From Auanema rhodensis (Eukaryota; Animalia; Nematoda): a stretch of 64,000 nt of DNA. Below the pieces are notes generated by a model. The model was not told the DNA's origin. It was given only the letters and a program-made list of their open reading frames with translations, and did no database searches. Positions within the stretch are counted from its first letter, which is position 1. Every line of letters starts with the position of its first letter. The translations under genes and the position numbers were made by a program. Of the stretch, positions 1 to 14,400 are shown in pieces. The stretch covers positions 26,125-90,124 of the forward strand of contig CAXKVF010000098.1 of the NCBI GenBank assembly GCA_964057225.1, in the 5' to 3' direction.

Positions 1-3000
1 ATGGGGAATCTAATTTTGAAAACCGCATCTCTTTATCTTTCACGTGAAGCGAGTTACATACCAAGTGCACATCACGTGTACATTTAATTAGCATAAATTA
101 AAGTTCACGTAAATTTCAAAGTCATGGTTACCATGCACCAATATCAATAAAAATTTGTTTTTAGACTAATATGGACATGGGGAATCTAATTTTGAAAACC
201 GCATCTCTTTATCTTTCACGTGAAGCGAGTTACATACCAAGTGCACATCACGTGTACATTTAATTAGCATAAATTAAAGTTCACGTAAATTTCAAAGTCA
301 TGGTTACCATGAACCAATATCAATAAAAATTTGTTTTTAGACTAATATGGACATGGGGAATCTAATTTTGAAAACCGCATCTCTTTATCTTTCACGTGAA
401 GCGAGTTACATACCAAGTGCACATCACGTGTACATTTAATTAGCATAAATTAAAGTTCACGTAAATTTCAAAGTCATGGTTACCATTCACCAATATCAAT
501 AAAAATTTGTTTTTAGACTAATATGGACATGGGGAATCTAATTTTGAAAACCGCATCTCTTTATCTTTCACGTGAAGCGAGTTACATACCAAGTGCACAT
601 CACGTGTACATTTAATTAGCATAAATTAAAGTTCACGTAAATTTCAAAGTCATGGTTACCATTCACCAATATCAATAAAAATTTGTTTTTAGACTAATAT
701 GGACATGGGGAATCTAATTTAGAAAACCGCATCTCTTTATCTTTCACGTGAAGCGAGTTACATACCAAGTGCACATCACGTGTACATTTAATTAGCATAA
801 ATTAAAGTTCACGTAAATTTCAAAGTCATGGTTACCATGAAGCAATATCAATAAAAATTTGTTTTTAGACTAATATGGACATGGGGAATCTAATTTTGAA
901 AACCGCATCTCTTTATCTTTCACGTGAAGCGAGTTACATACCAAGTGCACATCACGTGTACATTTAATTAGCATAAATTAAAGTTCACGTAAATTTCAAA
1001 GTCATGGTTACCATGAAGCAATATCAATAAAAATTTGTTTTTAGACTAATATGGACATGGGGAATCTAATTTTGAAAACCGCATCTCTTTATCTTTCACG
1101 TGAAGCGAGTTACATACCAAGTGCACATCACGTGTACATTTAATTAGCATAAATTAAAGTTCACGTAAATTTCAAAGTCATGGTTACCATGCACCAATAT
1201 CAATAAAAATTTGTTTTTAGACTAATATGGACATGGGGAATCTAATTTTGAAAACCGCATCTCTTTATCTTTCACGTGAAGCGAGTTACATACCAAGTGC
1301 ACATCACGTGTACATTTAATTAGCATAAATTAAAGTTCACGTAAATTTCAAAGTCATGGTTACCATGAACCAATATCAATAAAAATTTGTTTTTAGACTA
1401 ATATGGACATGGGGAATCTAATTTTGAAAACCGCATCTCTTTATCTTTCACGTGAAGCGAGTTACATACCAAGTGCACATCACGTGTACATTTAATTAGC
1501 ATAAATTAAAGTTCACGTAAATTTCAAAGTCATGGTTACCATGAAGCAATATCAATAAAAATTTGTTTTTAGACTAATATGGACATGGGGAATCTAATTT
1601 TGAAAACCGCATCTCTTTATCTTTCACGTGAAGCGAGTTACATACCAAGTGCACATCACGTGTACATTTAATTAGCATAAATTAAAGTTCACGTAAAATT
1701 CAAAGTCATGGTTACCATGAAGCAATATCAATAAAAATTTGTTTTTAGACTAATATGGACATGGGGAATCTAATTTTGAAAACCGCATCTCTTTATCTTT
1801 CACGTGAAGCGAGTTACATACCAAGTGCACATCACGTGTACATTTAATTAGCATAAATTAAAGTTCACGTAAATTTCAAAGTCATGGTTACCATGCACCA
1901 ATATCAATAAAAATTTGTTTTTAGACTAATATGGACATGGGGAATCTAATTTTGAAAACCGCATCTCTTTTTCTTTCACGTGAAGCGAGTTACATACCAA
2001 GTGCACATCACGTGTACATTTAATTAGCATAAATTAAAGTTCACGTAAATTTCAAAGTCATGGTTACCATGCACCAATATCAATAAAAATTTGTTTTTAG
2101 ACTAATATGGACATGGGGAATCTAATTTTGAAAACCGCATCTCTTTATCTTTCACGTGAAGCGAGTTACATACCAAGTGCACATCACGTGTACATTTAAT
2201 TAGCATAAATTAAAGTTCACGTAAATTTCAAAGTCATGGTTACCATGCACCAATATCAATAAAAATTTGTTTTTAGACTAATATGGACATGGGGAATCTA
2301 ATTTTGAAAACCGCATCTCTTTATCTTTCACGTGAAGCGAGTTACATACCAAGTGCATATCACGTGTACATTTAATTAGCATAAATTAAAGTTCACGTAA
2401 ATTTCAAAGTCATGGTTACCATGAACCAATATCAATAAAAATTTGTTTTTAGACTAATATGGACATGGGGAATCTAATTTTGAAAACCGCATCTCTTTAT
2501 CTTTCACGTGAAGCGAGTTACATACCAAGTGCACATCACGTGTACATTTAATTAGCATAAATTAAAGTTCACGTAAATTTCAAAGTCATGGTTACCATGA
2601 ACCAATATCAATAAAAATTTGTTTTTAGACTAATATGGACATGGGGAATCTAATTTTGAAAACCGCATCTCTTTATCTTTCACGTGAAGCGAGTTACATA
2701 CCAAGTGCACATCACGTGTACATTTAATTAGCATAAATTAAAGTTCACGTAAATTTCAAAGTCATGGTTACCATGAACCAATATCAATAAAAATTTGTTT
2801 TTAGACTAATATGGACATGGGGAATCTAATTTTGAAAACCGCATCTCTTTATCTTTCACGTGAAGCGAGTTACATACCAAGTGCACATCACGTGTACATT
2901 TAATTAGCATAAATTAAAGTTCACGTAAATTTCAAAGTCATGGTTACCATGCACCAATATCAATAAAAATTTGTTTTTAGACTAATATGGACATGGGGAA

Positions 3001-4752
3001 TCTAATTTTGAAAACCGCATCTCTTTATCTTTCACGTGAAGCGAGTTACATACCAAGTGCACATCACGTGTACATTTAATTAGCATAAATTAAAGTTCAC
3101 GTAAATTTCAAAGTCATGGTTACCATGAACCAATATCAATAAAAATTTGTTTTTAGACTAATATGGACATGGGGAATCTAATTTTGAAAACCGCATCTCT
3201 TTATCTTTCACGTGAAGCGAGTTACATACCAAGTGCACATCACGTGTACATTTAATTAGCATAAATTAAAGTTCACGTAAATTTCAAAGTCATGGTTACC
3301 ATTCACCAATATCAATAAAAATTTGTTTTTAGACTAATATGGACATGGGGAATCTAATTTAGAAAACCGCATCTCTTTATCTTTCACGTGAAGCGAGTTA
3401 CATACCAAGTGCACATCACGTGTACATTTAATTAGCATAAATTAAAGTTCACGTAAATTTCAAAGTCATGGTTACCATGAAGCAATATCAATAAAAATTT
3501 GTTTTTAGACTAATATGGACATGGGGAATCTAATTTTGAAAACCGCATCTCTTTATCTTTCACGTGAAGCGAGTTACATACCAAGTGCACATCACGTGTA
3601 CATTTAATTAGCATAAATTAAAGTTCACGTAAATTTCAAAGTCATGGTTACCATGAAGCAATATCAATAAAAATTTGTTTTTAGACTAATATGGACATGG
3701 GGAATCTAATTTTGAAAACCGCATCTCTTTATCTTTCACGTGAAGCGAGTTACATACCAAGTGCACATCACGTGTACATTTAATTAGCATAAATTAAAGT
3801 TCACGTAAATTTCAAAGTCATGGTTACCATGCACCAATATCAATAAAAATTTGTTTTTAGACTAATATGGACATGGGGAATCTAATTTTGAAAACCGCAT
3901 CTCTTTATCTTTCACGTGAAGCGAGTTACATACCAAGTGCACATCACGTGTACATTTAATTAGCATAAATTAAAGTTCACGTAAATTTCAAAGTCATGGT
4001 TACCATGAACCAATATCAATAAAAATTTGTTTTTAGACTAATATGGACATGGGGAATCTAATTTTGAAAACCGCATCTCTTTATCTTTCACGTGAAGCGA
4101 GTTACATACCAAGTGCACATCACGTGTACATTTAGTTAGCATAAATTAAAGTTCACGTAAATTTCAAAGTCATGGTTACCATGAAGCAATATCAATAAAA
4201 ATTTGTTTTTAGACTAATATGGACATGGGGAATCTAATTTTGAAAACCGCATCTCTTTATCTTTCACGTGAAGCGAGTTACATACCAAGTGCACATCACG
4301 TGTACATTTAATTAGCATAAATTAAAGTTCACGTAAAATTCAAAGTCATGGTTACCATGAAGCAATATCAATAAAAATTTGTTTTTAGACTAATATGGAC
4401 ATGGGGAATCTAATTTTGAAAACCGCATCTCTTTATCTTTCACGTGAAGCGAGTTACATACCAAGTGCACATCACGTGTACATTTAATTAGCATAAATTA
4501 AAGTTCACGTAAATTTCAAAGTCATGGTTACCATTCACCAATATCAATAAAAATTTGTTTTTAGACTAATATGGACATGGGGAATCTAATTTAGAAAACC
4601 GCATCTCTTTATCTTTCACGTGAAGCGAGTTACATACCAAGTGCACATCACGTGTACATTTAATTAGCATAAATTAAAGTTCACGTAAATTTCAAAGTCA
4701 TGGTTACCATGAAGCAATATCAATAAAAATTTGTTTTTAGACTAATATGGAC

Positions 4753-7700
4753 ATGGGGAATCTAATTTTGAAAACCGCATCTCTTTATCTTTCACGTGAA
4801 GCGAGTTACATACCAAGTGCACATCACGTGTACATTTAATTAGCATAAATTAAAGTTCACGTAAATTTCAAAGTCATGGTTACCATGAAGCAATATCAAT
4901 AAAAATTTGTTTTTAGACTAATATGGACATGGGGAATCTAATTTAGAAAACCGCATCTCTTTATCTTTCACGTGAAGCGAGTTACATACCAAGTGCACAT
5001 CACGTGTACATTTAATTAGCATAAATTAAAGTTCACGTAAATTTCAAAGTCATGGTTACCATGAAGCAATATCAATAAAAATTTGTTTTTAGACTAATAT
5101 GGACATGGGGAATCTAATTTTGAAAACCGCATCTCTTTATCTTTCACGTGAAGCGAGTTACATACCAAGTGCACATCACGTGTACATTTAATTAGCATAA
5201 ATTAAAGTTCACGTAAATTTCAAAGTCATGGTTACCATGAACCAATATCAATAAAAATTTGTTTTTAGACTAATATGGACATGGGGAATCTAATTTTGAA
5301 AACCGCATCTCTTTATCTTTCACGTGAAGCGAGTTACATACCAAGTGCACATCACGTGTACATTTAATTAGCATAAATTAAAGTTCACGTAAAATTCAAA
5401 GTCATGGTTACCATGAAGCAATATCAATAAAAATTTGTTTTTAGACTAATATGGACATGGGGAATCTAATTTTGAAAACCACATCTCTTTATCTTTCACG
5501 TGAAGCGAGTTACATACCAAGTGCACATCACGTGTACATTTAATTAGCATAAATTAAAGTTCACGTAAATTTCAAAGTCATGGTTACCATGCACCAATAT
5601 CAATAAAAATTTGTTTTTAGACTAATATGGACATGGGGAATCTAATTTTGAAAACCGCATCTCTTTTTCTTTCACGTGAAGCGAGTTACATACCAAGTGC
5701 ACATCACGTGTACATTTAATTAGCATAAATTAAAGTTCACGTAAATTTCAAAGTCATGGTTACCATGAACCAATATCAATAAAAATTTGTTTTTAGACTA
5801 ATATGGACATGGGGAATCTAATTTTGAAAACCGCATCTCTTTATCTTTCACGTGAAGCGAGTTACATACCAAGTGCACATCACGTGTACATTTAATTAGC
5901 ATAAATTAAAGTTCACGTAAATTTCAAAGTCATGGTTACCATGAAGCAATATCAATAAAAATTTGTTTTTAGACTAATATGGACATGGGGAATCTAATTT
6001 TGAAAACCGCATCTCTTTATCTTTCACGTGAAGCGAGTTACATACCAAGTGCACATCACGTGTACATTTAATTAGCATAAATTAAAGTTCACGTAAATTT
6101 CAAAGTCATGGTTACCATGAACCAATATCAATAAAAATTTGTTTTTAGACTAATATGGACATGGGGAATCTAATTTTGAAAACCGCATCTCTTTATCTTT
6201 CACGTGAAGCGAGTTACATACCAAGTGCACATCACGTGTACATTTAATTAGCATAAATTAAAGTTCACGTAAATTTCAAAGTCATGGTTACCATGCACCA
6301 ATATCAATAAAAATTTGTTTTTAGACTAATATGGACATGGGGAATCTAATTTTGAAAACCGCATCTCTTTATCTTTCACGTGAAGCGAGTTACATACCAA
6401 GTGCACATCACGTGTACATTTAATTAGCATAAATTAAAGTTCACGTAAATTTCAAAGTCATGGTTACCATGAACCAATATCAATAAAAATTTGTTTTTAG
6501 ACTAATATGGACATGGGGAATCTAATTTTGAAAACCGCATCTCTTTATCTTTCACGTGAAGCGAGTTACATACCAAGTGCACATCACGTGTACATTTAAT
6601 TAGCATAAATTAAAGTTCACGTAAATTTCAAAGTCATGGTTACCATGAAGCAATATCAATAAAAATTTGTTTTTAGACTAATATGGACATGGGGAATCTA
6701 ATTTTGAAAACCGCATCTCTTTATCTTTCACGTGAAGCGAGTTACATACCAAGTGCACATCACGTGTACATTTAATTAGCATAAATTAAAGTTCACGTAA
6801 ATTTCAAAGTCATGGTTACCATGAAGCAATATCAATAAAAATTTGTTTTTAGACTAATATGGACATGGGGAATCTAATTTAGAAAACCGCATCTCTTTAT
6901 CTTTCACGTGAAGCGAGTTACATACCAAGTGCACATCACGTGTACATTTAATTAGCATAAATTAAAGTTCACGTAAATTTCAAAGTCATGGTTACCATGA
7001 AGCAATATCAATAAAAATTTGTTTTTAGACTAATATGGACATGGGGAATCTAATTTTGAAAACCGCATCTCTTTATCTTTCACGTGAAGCGAGTTACATA
7101 CCAAGTGCACATCACGTGTACATTTAATTAGCATAAATTAAAGTTCACGTAAATTTCAAAGTCATGGTTACCATGAACCAATATCAATAAAAATTTGTTT
7201 TTAGACTAATATGGACATGGGGAATCTAATTTTGAAAACCGCATCTCTTTATCTTTCACGTGAAGCGAGTTACATACCAAGTGCACATCACGTGTACATT
7301 TAATTAGCATAAATTAAAGTTCACGTAAAATTCAAAGTCATGGTTACCATGAAGCAATATCAATAAAAATTTGTTTTTAGACTAATATGGACATGGGGAA
7401 TCTAATTTTGAAAACCGCATCTCTTTATCTTTCACGTGAAGCGAGTTACATACCAAGTGCACATCACGTGTACATTTAATTAGCATAAATTAAAGTTCAC
7501 GTAAATTTCAAAGTCATGGTTACCATGCACCAATATCAATAAAAATTTGTTTTTAGACTAATATGGACATGGGGAATCTAATTTTGAAAACCGCATCTCT
7601 TTTTCTTTCACGTGAAGCGAGTTACATACCAAGTGCACATCACGTGTACATTTAATTAGCATAAATTAAAGTTCACGTAAATTTCAAAGTCATGGTTACC

Positions 7701-8448
7701 ATGAACCAATATCAATAAAAATTTGTTTTTAGACTAATATGGACATGGGGAATCTAATTTTGAAAACCGCATCTCTTTATCTTTCACGTGAAGCGAGTTA
7801 CATACCAAGTGCACATCACGTGTACATTTAATTAGCATAAATTAAAGTTCACGTAAATTTCAAAGTCATGGTTACCATGAAGCAATATCAATAAAAATTT
7901 GTTTTTAGACTAATATGGACATGGGGAATCTAATTTTGAAAACCGCATCTCTTTATCTTTCACGTGAAGCGAGTTACATACCAAGTGCACATCACGTGTA
8001 CATTTAATTAGCATAAATTAAAGTTCACGTAAATTTCAAAGTCATGGTTACCATGAACCAATATCAATAAAAATTTGTTTTTAGACTAATATGGACATGG
8101 GGAATCTAATTTTGAAAACCGCATCTCTTTATCTTTCACGTGAAGCGAGTTACATACCAAGTGCACATCACGTGTACATTTAATTAGCATAAATTAAAGT
8201 TCACGTAAATTTCAAAGTCATGGTTACCATGCACCAATATCAATAAAAATTTGTTTTTAGACTAATATGGACATGGGGAATCTAATTTTGAAAACCGCAT
8301 CTCTTTATCTTTCACGTGAAGCGAGTTACATACCAAGTGCACATCACGTGTACATTTAATTAGCATAAATTAAAGTTCACGTAAATTTCAAAGTCATGGT
8401 TACCATGAACCAATATCAATAAAAATTTGTTTTTAGACTAATATGGAC
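4753..8448 (+). repeat. Tandem duplication with an 11-monomer period (1936 bp)
   Basis: The ordered variants T17A (monomers 4929/6865), T114A (5281/7217) and A35T (5633/7569), and the CAC/AAC/AAG order, repeat at a 1936-bp offset. Confidence 0.88.
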
Positions 8449-11400
8449 ATGGGGAATCTAATTTTGAAAACCGCATCTCTTTATCTTTCACGTGAAGCGA
8501 GTTACATACCAAGTGCACATCACGTGTACATTTAATTAGCATAAATTAAAGTTCACGTAAAATTCAAAGTCATGGTTACCATGCACCAATATCAATAAAA
8601 ATTTGTTTTTAGACTAATATGGACATGGGGAATCTAATTTTGAAAACCGCATCTCTTTATCTTTCACGTGAAGCGAGTTACATACCAAGTGCACATCACG
8701 TGTACATTTAATTAGCATAAATTAAAGTTCACGTAAATTTCAAAGTCATGGTTACCATGAACCAATATCAATAAAAATTTGTTTTTAGACTAATATGGAC
8801 ATGGGAATCTAATTTTGAAAACCGCATCTCTTTATCTTTCACGTGAAGCGAGTTACATACCAAGTGCACATCACGTGTACATTTAATTAGCATAAATTAA
8901 AGTTCACGTAAATTTCAAAGTCATGGTTACCATGAACCAATATCAATAAAAATTTGTTTTTAGACTAATATGGACATGGGGAATCTAATTTTGAAAACCG
9001 CATCTCTTTATCTTTCACGTGAAGCGAGTTACATACCAAGTGCACATCACGTGTACATTTAATTAGCATAAATTAAAGTTCACGTAAATTTCAAAGTCAT
9101 GGTTACCATGAACCAATATCAATAAAAATTTGTTTTTAGACTAATATGGACATGGGGAATCTAATTTTGAAAACCGCATCTCTTTATCTTTCACGTGAAG
9201 CGAGTTACATACCAAGTGCACATCACGTGTACATTTAATTAGCATAAATTAAAGTTCACGTAAATTTCAAAGTCATGGTTACCATGAAGCAATATCAATA
9301 AAAATTTGTTTTTAGACTAATATGGACATGGGGAATCTAATTTTGAAAACCGCATCTCTTTATCTTTCACGTGAAGCGAGTTACATACCAAGTGCACATC
9401 ACGTGTACATTTAATTAGCATAAATTAAAGTTCACGTAAATTTCAAAGTCATGGTTACCATGCACCAATATCAATAAAAATTTGTTTTTAGACTAATATG
9501 GACATGGGGAATCTAATTTTGAAAACCGCATCTCTTTATCTTTCACGTGAAGCGAGTTACATACCAAGTGCACATCACGTGTACATTTAATTAGCATAAA
9601 TTAAAGTTCACGTAAATTTCAAAGTCATGGTTACCATGAACCAATATCAATAAAAATTTGTTTTTAGACTAATATGGACATGGGGAATCTAATTTTAAAA
9701 ACCGCATCTCTTTATCTTTCACGTGAAGCGAGTTACATACCAAGTGCACATCACGTGTACATTTAATTAGCATAAATTAAAGTTCACGTAAATTTCAAAG
9801 TCATGGTTACCATGAAGCAATATCAATAAAAATTTGTTTTTAGACTAATATGGACATGGGGAATCTAATTTTGAAAACCGCATCTCTTTATCTTTCACGT
9901 GAAGCGAGTTACATACCAAGTGCACATCACGTGTACATTTAATTAGCATAAATTAAAGTTCACGTAAATTTCAAAGTCATGGTTACCATGAACCAATATC
10001 AATAAAAATTTGTTTTTAGACTAATATGGACATGGGGAATCTAATTTTGAAAACCGCATCTCTTTATCTTTCACGTGAAGCGAGTTACATACCAAGTGCA
10101 CATCACGTGTACATTTAATTAGCATAAATTAAAGTTCACGTAAATTTCAAAGTCATGGTTACCATGCACCAATATCAATAAAAATTTGTTTTTAGACTAA
10201 TATGGACATGGGGAATCTATTTTTGAAAACCGCATCTCTTTATCTTTCACGTGAAGCGAGTTACATACCAAGTGCACATCACGTGTACATTTAATTAGCA
10301 TAAATTAAAGTTCACGTAAATTTCAAAGTCATGGTTACCATGAAGCAATATCAATAAAAATTTGTTTTTAGACTAATATGGACATGGGGAATCTATTTTT
10401 GAAAACCGCATCTCTTTATCTTTCACGTGAAGCGAGTTACATACCAAGTGCACATCACGTGTACATTTAATTAGCATAAATTAAAGTTCACGTAAATTTC
10501 AAAGTCATGGTTACCATGAAGCAATATCAATAAAAATTTGTTTTTAGACTAATATGGACATGGGGAATCTAATTTTGAAAACCGCATCTCTTTATCTTTC
10601 ACGTGAAGCGAGTTACATACCAAGTGCACATCACGTGTACATTTAATTAGCATAAATTAAAGTTCACGTAAATTTCAAAGTCATGGTTACCATGAACCAA
10701 TATCAATAAAAATTTGTTTTTAGACTAATATGGACATGGGGAATCTAATTTTGAAAACCGCATCTCTTTATCTTTCACGTGAAGCGAGTTACATACCAAG
10801 TGCACATCACGTGTACATTTAATTAGCATAAATTAAAATTCACGTAAATTTCAAAGTCATGGTTACCATGCACCAATATCAATAAAAATTTGTTTTTAGA
10901 CTAATATGGACATGGGGAATCTAATTTTGAAAACCGCATCTCTTTATCTTTCACGTGAAGCGAGTTACATACCAAGTGCACATCACGTGTACATTTAATT
11001 AGCATAAATTAAAGTTCACGTAAATTTCAAAGTCATGGTTACCATGCACCAATATCAATAAAAATTTGTTTTTAGACTAATATGGACATGGGGAATCTAA
11101 TTTTGAAAACCGCATCTCTTTATCTTTCACGTGAAGCGAGTTACATACCAAGTGCACATCACGTGTACATTTGATTAGCATAAATTAAAGTTCACGTAAA
11201 TTTCAAAGTCATGGTTACCATGAACCAATATCAATAAAAATTTGTTTTTAGACTAATATGGACATGGGGAATCTAATTTTGAAAACCGCATCTCTTTATC
11301 TTTCACGTGAAGCGAGTTACATACCAAGTGCACATCACGTGTACATTTAATTAGCATAAATTAAAGTTCACGTAAATTTCAAAGTCATGGTTACCATGAA

Positions 11401-14400
11401 GCAATATCAATAAAAATTTGTTTTTAGACTAATATGGACATGGGGAATCTAATTTTGAAAACCGCATCTCTTTATCTTTCACGTGAAGCGAGTTACATAC
11501 CAAGTGCACATCACGTGTACATTTAATTAGCATAAATTAAAGTTCACGTAAATTTCAAAGTCATGGTTACCATGAAGCAATATCAATAAAAATTTGTTTT
11601 TAGACTAATATGGACATGGGGAATCTAATTTTGAAAACCGCATCTCTTTATCTTTCACGTGAAGCGAGTTACATACCAAGTGCACATCACGTGTACATTT
11701 AATTAGCATAAATTAAAGTTCACGTAAATTTCAAAGTCATGGTTACCATGCACCAATATCAATAAAAATTTGTTTTTAGACTAATATGGACATGGGGAAT
11801 CTAATTTTGAAAACCGCATCTCTTTATCTTTCACGTGAAGCGAGTTAAATACCAAGTGCACATCACGTGTACATTTAATTAGCATAAATTAAAGTTCACG
11901 TAAATTTCAAAGTCATGGTTACCATGCACCAATATCAATAAAAATTTGTTTTTAGACTAATATGGACATGGGGAATCTAATTTTGAAAACCGCATCTCTT
12001 TATCTTTCACGTGAAGCGAGTTACATACCAAGTGCACATCACGTGTACATTTAATTAGCATAAATTAAAGTTCACGTAAATTTCAAAGTCATGGTTACCA
12101 TGCACCAATATCAATAAAAATTTGTTTTTAGACTAATATGGACATGGGGAATCTAATTTTGAAAACCGCATCTCTTTATCTTTCACGTGAAGCGAGTTAC
12201 ATACCAAGTGCACATCACGTGTACATTTAATTAGCATAAATTAAAGTTCACGTAAATTTCAAAGTCATGGTTACCATGAACCAATATCAATAAAAATTTG
12301 TTTTTAGACTAATATGGACATGGGGAATCTAATTTTGAAAACCGCATCTCTTTATCTTTCACGTGAAGCGAGTTACATACCAAGTGCACATCACGTGTAC
12401 ATTTAATTAGCATAAATTAAAGTTCACGTAAATTTCAAAGTCATGGTTACCATGAACCAATATCAATAAAAATTTGTTTTTAGACTAATATGGACATGGG
12501 GAATCTAATTTTGAAAACCGCATCTCTTTATCTTTCACGTGAAGCGAGTTACATACCAAGTGCACATCACGTGTACATTTAATTAGCATAAATTAAAGTT
12601 CACGTAAATTTCAAAGTCATGGTTACCATGCACCAATATCAATAAAAATTTGTTTTTAGACTAATATGGACATGGGGAATCTAATTTTGAAAACCGCATC
12701 TCTTTATCTTTCACGTGAAGCGAGTTACATACCAAGTGCACATTACGTGTACATTTAATTAGCATAAATTAAAGTTCACGTAAATTTCAAAGTCATGGTT
12801 ACCATGAAGCAATATCAATAAAAATTTGTTTTTAGACTAATATAGACATGGGGGATCTAATTTTGAAAACCGCATCTCTTTATCTTTCACGTGAAGCGAG
12901 TTACATACCAAGTGCACATCACGTGTACATTTAATTAGCATAAATTAAAGTTCACGTAAATTTCAAAGTCATGGTTACCATGAAGCAATATCAATAAAAA
13001 TTTGTTTTTAGACTAATATGGACATGGGGAATCTAATTTTGAAAACCGCATCTCTTTATCTTTCACGTGAAGCGAGTTACATACCAAGTGCTCATCACGT
13101 GTACATTTAATTAGCATAAATTAAAGTTCACGTAAATTTCAAAGTCATGGTTACCATGAACCAATATCAATAAAAATTTGTTTTTAGACTAATATGGACA
13201 TGGGGAATCTAATTTTGAAAACCGCATCTCTTTATCTTTCACGTGAAGCGAGTTACATACCAAGTGCACATCACGTGTACATTTAATTAGCATAAATTAA
13301 AGTTCACGTAAATTTCAAAGTCATGGTTACCATGCACCAATATCAATAAAAATTTGTTTTTAGACTAATATGGACATGGGGAATCTAATTTTGAAAACCG
13401 CATCTCTTTATCTTTCACGTGAAGCGAGTTACATACCAAGTGCACATCACGTGTACATTTAATTAGCATAAATTAAAGTTCACGTAAATTTCAAAGTCAT
13501 GGTTACCATGAAGCAATATCAATAAAAATTTGTTTTTAGACTAATATGGACATGGGGAATCTAATTTTGAAAACCGCATCTCTTTATCTTTCACGTGAAG
13601 CGAGTTACATACCAAGTGCACATCACGTGTACATTTAATTAGCATAAATTAAAGTTCACGTAAATTTCAAAGTCATGGTTACCATGAACCAATATCAATA
13701 AAAATTTGTTTTTAGACTAATATGGACATGGGGAATCTAATTTTGAAAACCGCATCTCTTTATCTTTCACGTGAAGCGAGTTACATACCAAGTGCACATC
13801 ACGTGTACATTTAATTAGCATAAATTAAAGTTCACGTAAAATTCAAAGTCATGGTTACCATGCACCAATATCAATAAAAATTTGTTTTTAGACTAATATG
13901 GACATGGGGAATCTAATTTTGAAAACCGCATCTCTTTATCTTTCACGTGAAGCGAGTTACATACCAAGTGCACATCACGTGTACATTTAATTAGCATAAA
14001 TTAAAGTTCACGTAAATTTCAAAGTCATGGTTACCATGCACCAATATCAATAAAAATTTGTTTTTAGACTAATATGGACATGGGGAATCTAATTTTGAAA
14101 ACCGCATCTCTTTATCTTTCACGTGAAGCGAGTTACATACCAAGTGCACATCACGTGTACATTTAATTAGCATAAATTAAAGTTCACGTAAATTTCAAAG
14201 TCATGGTTACCATGAAGCAATATCAATAAAAATTTGTTTTTAGACTAATATGGACATGGGGAATCTAATTTTGAAAACCGCATCTCTTTATCTTTCACGT
14301 GAAGCGAGTTACATACCAAGTGCACATCACGTGTACATTTAATTAGCATAAATTAAAGTTCACGTAAATTTCAAAGTCATGGTTACCATGCACCAATATC

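Noticed and set aside
146-151. AATAAA polyadenylation signal in each monomer
   Set aside because: Expected by chance in an A-tract of AT-rich DNA, and there is no transcript context.
1-176. Identity with alpha satellite, Arabidopsis CEN178 or Brassica CentBr; presence of a CENP-B box
   Set aside because: Only the length is similar. I see no sequence resemblance and no TTCG....A..CGGG motif on either strand. A database search is needed to name the family.
1-176. Tandem RNA gene unit (5S rRNA, tRNA, snRNA, spliced leader) or MITE
   Set aside because: No recognisable RNA gene sequence or Pol III boxes, and no terminal inverted repeats or target-site duplications.
71-176. Yeast-type point centromere (CDEI-CDEII-CDEIII)
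   Set aside because: The CDEI-like octamer is not followed by a >90% AT CDEII or a convincing CDEIII, and point centromeres are not tandemly arrayed.
8801-8806. 1-bp deletion in the GGGG run (175-bp monomer)
   Set aside because: A single homopolymer-length event that cannot be told apart from sequencing error.
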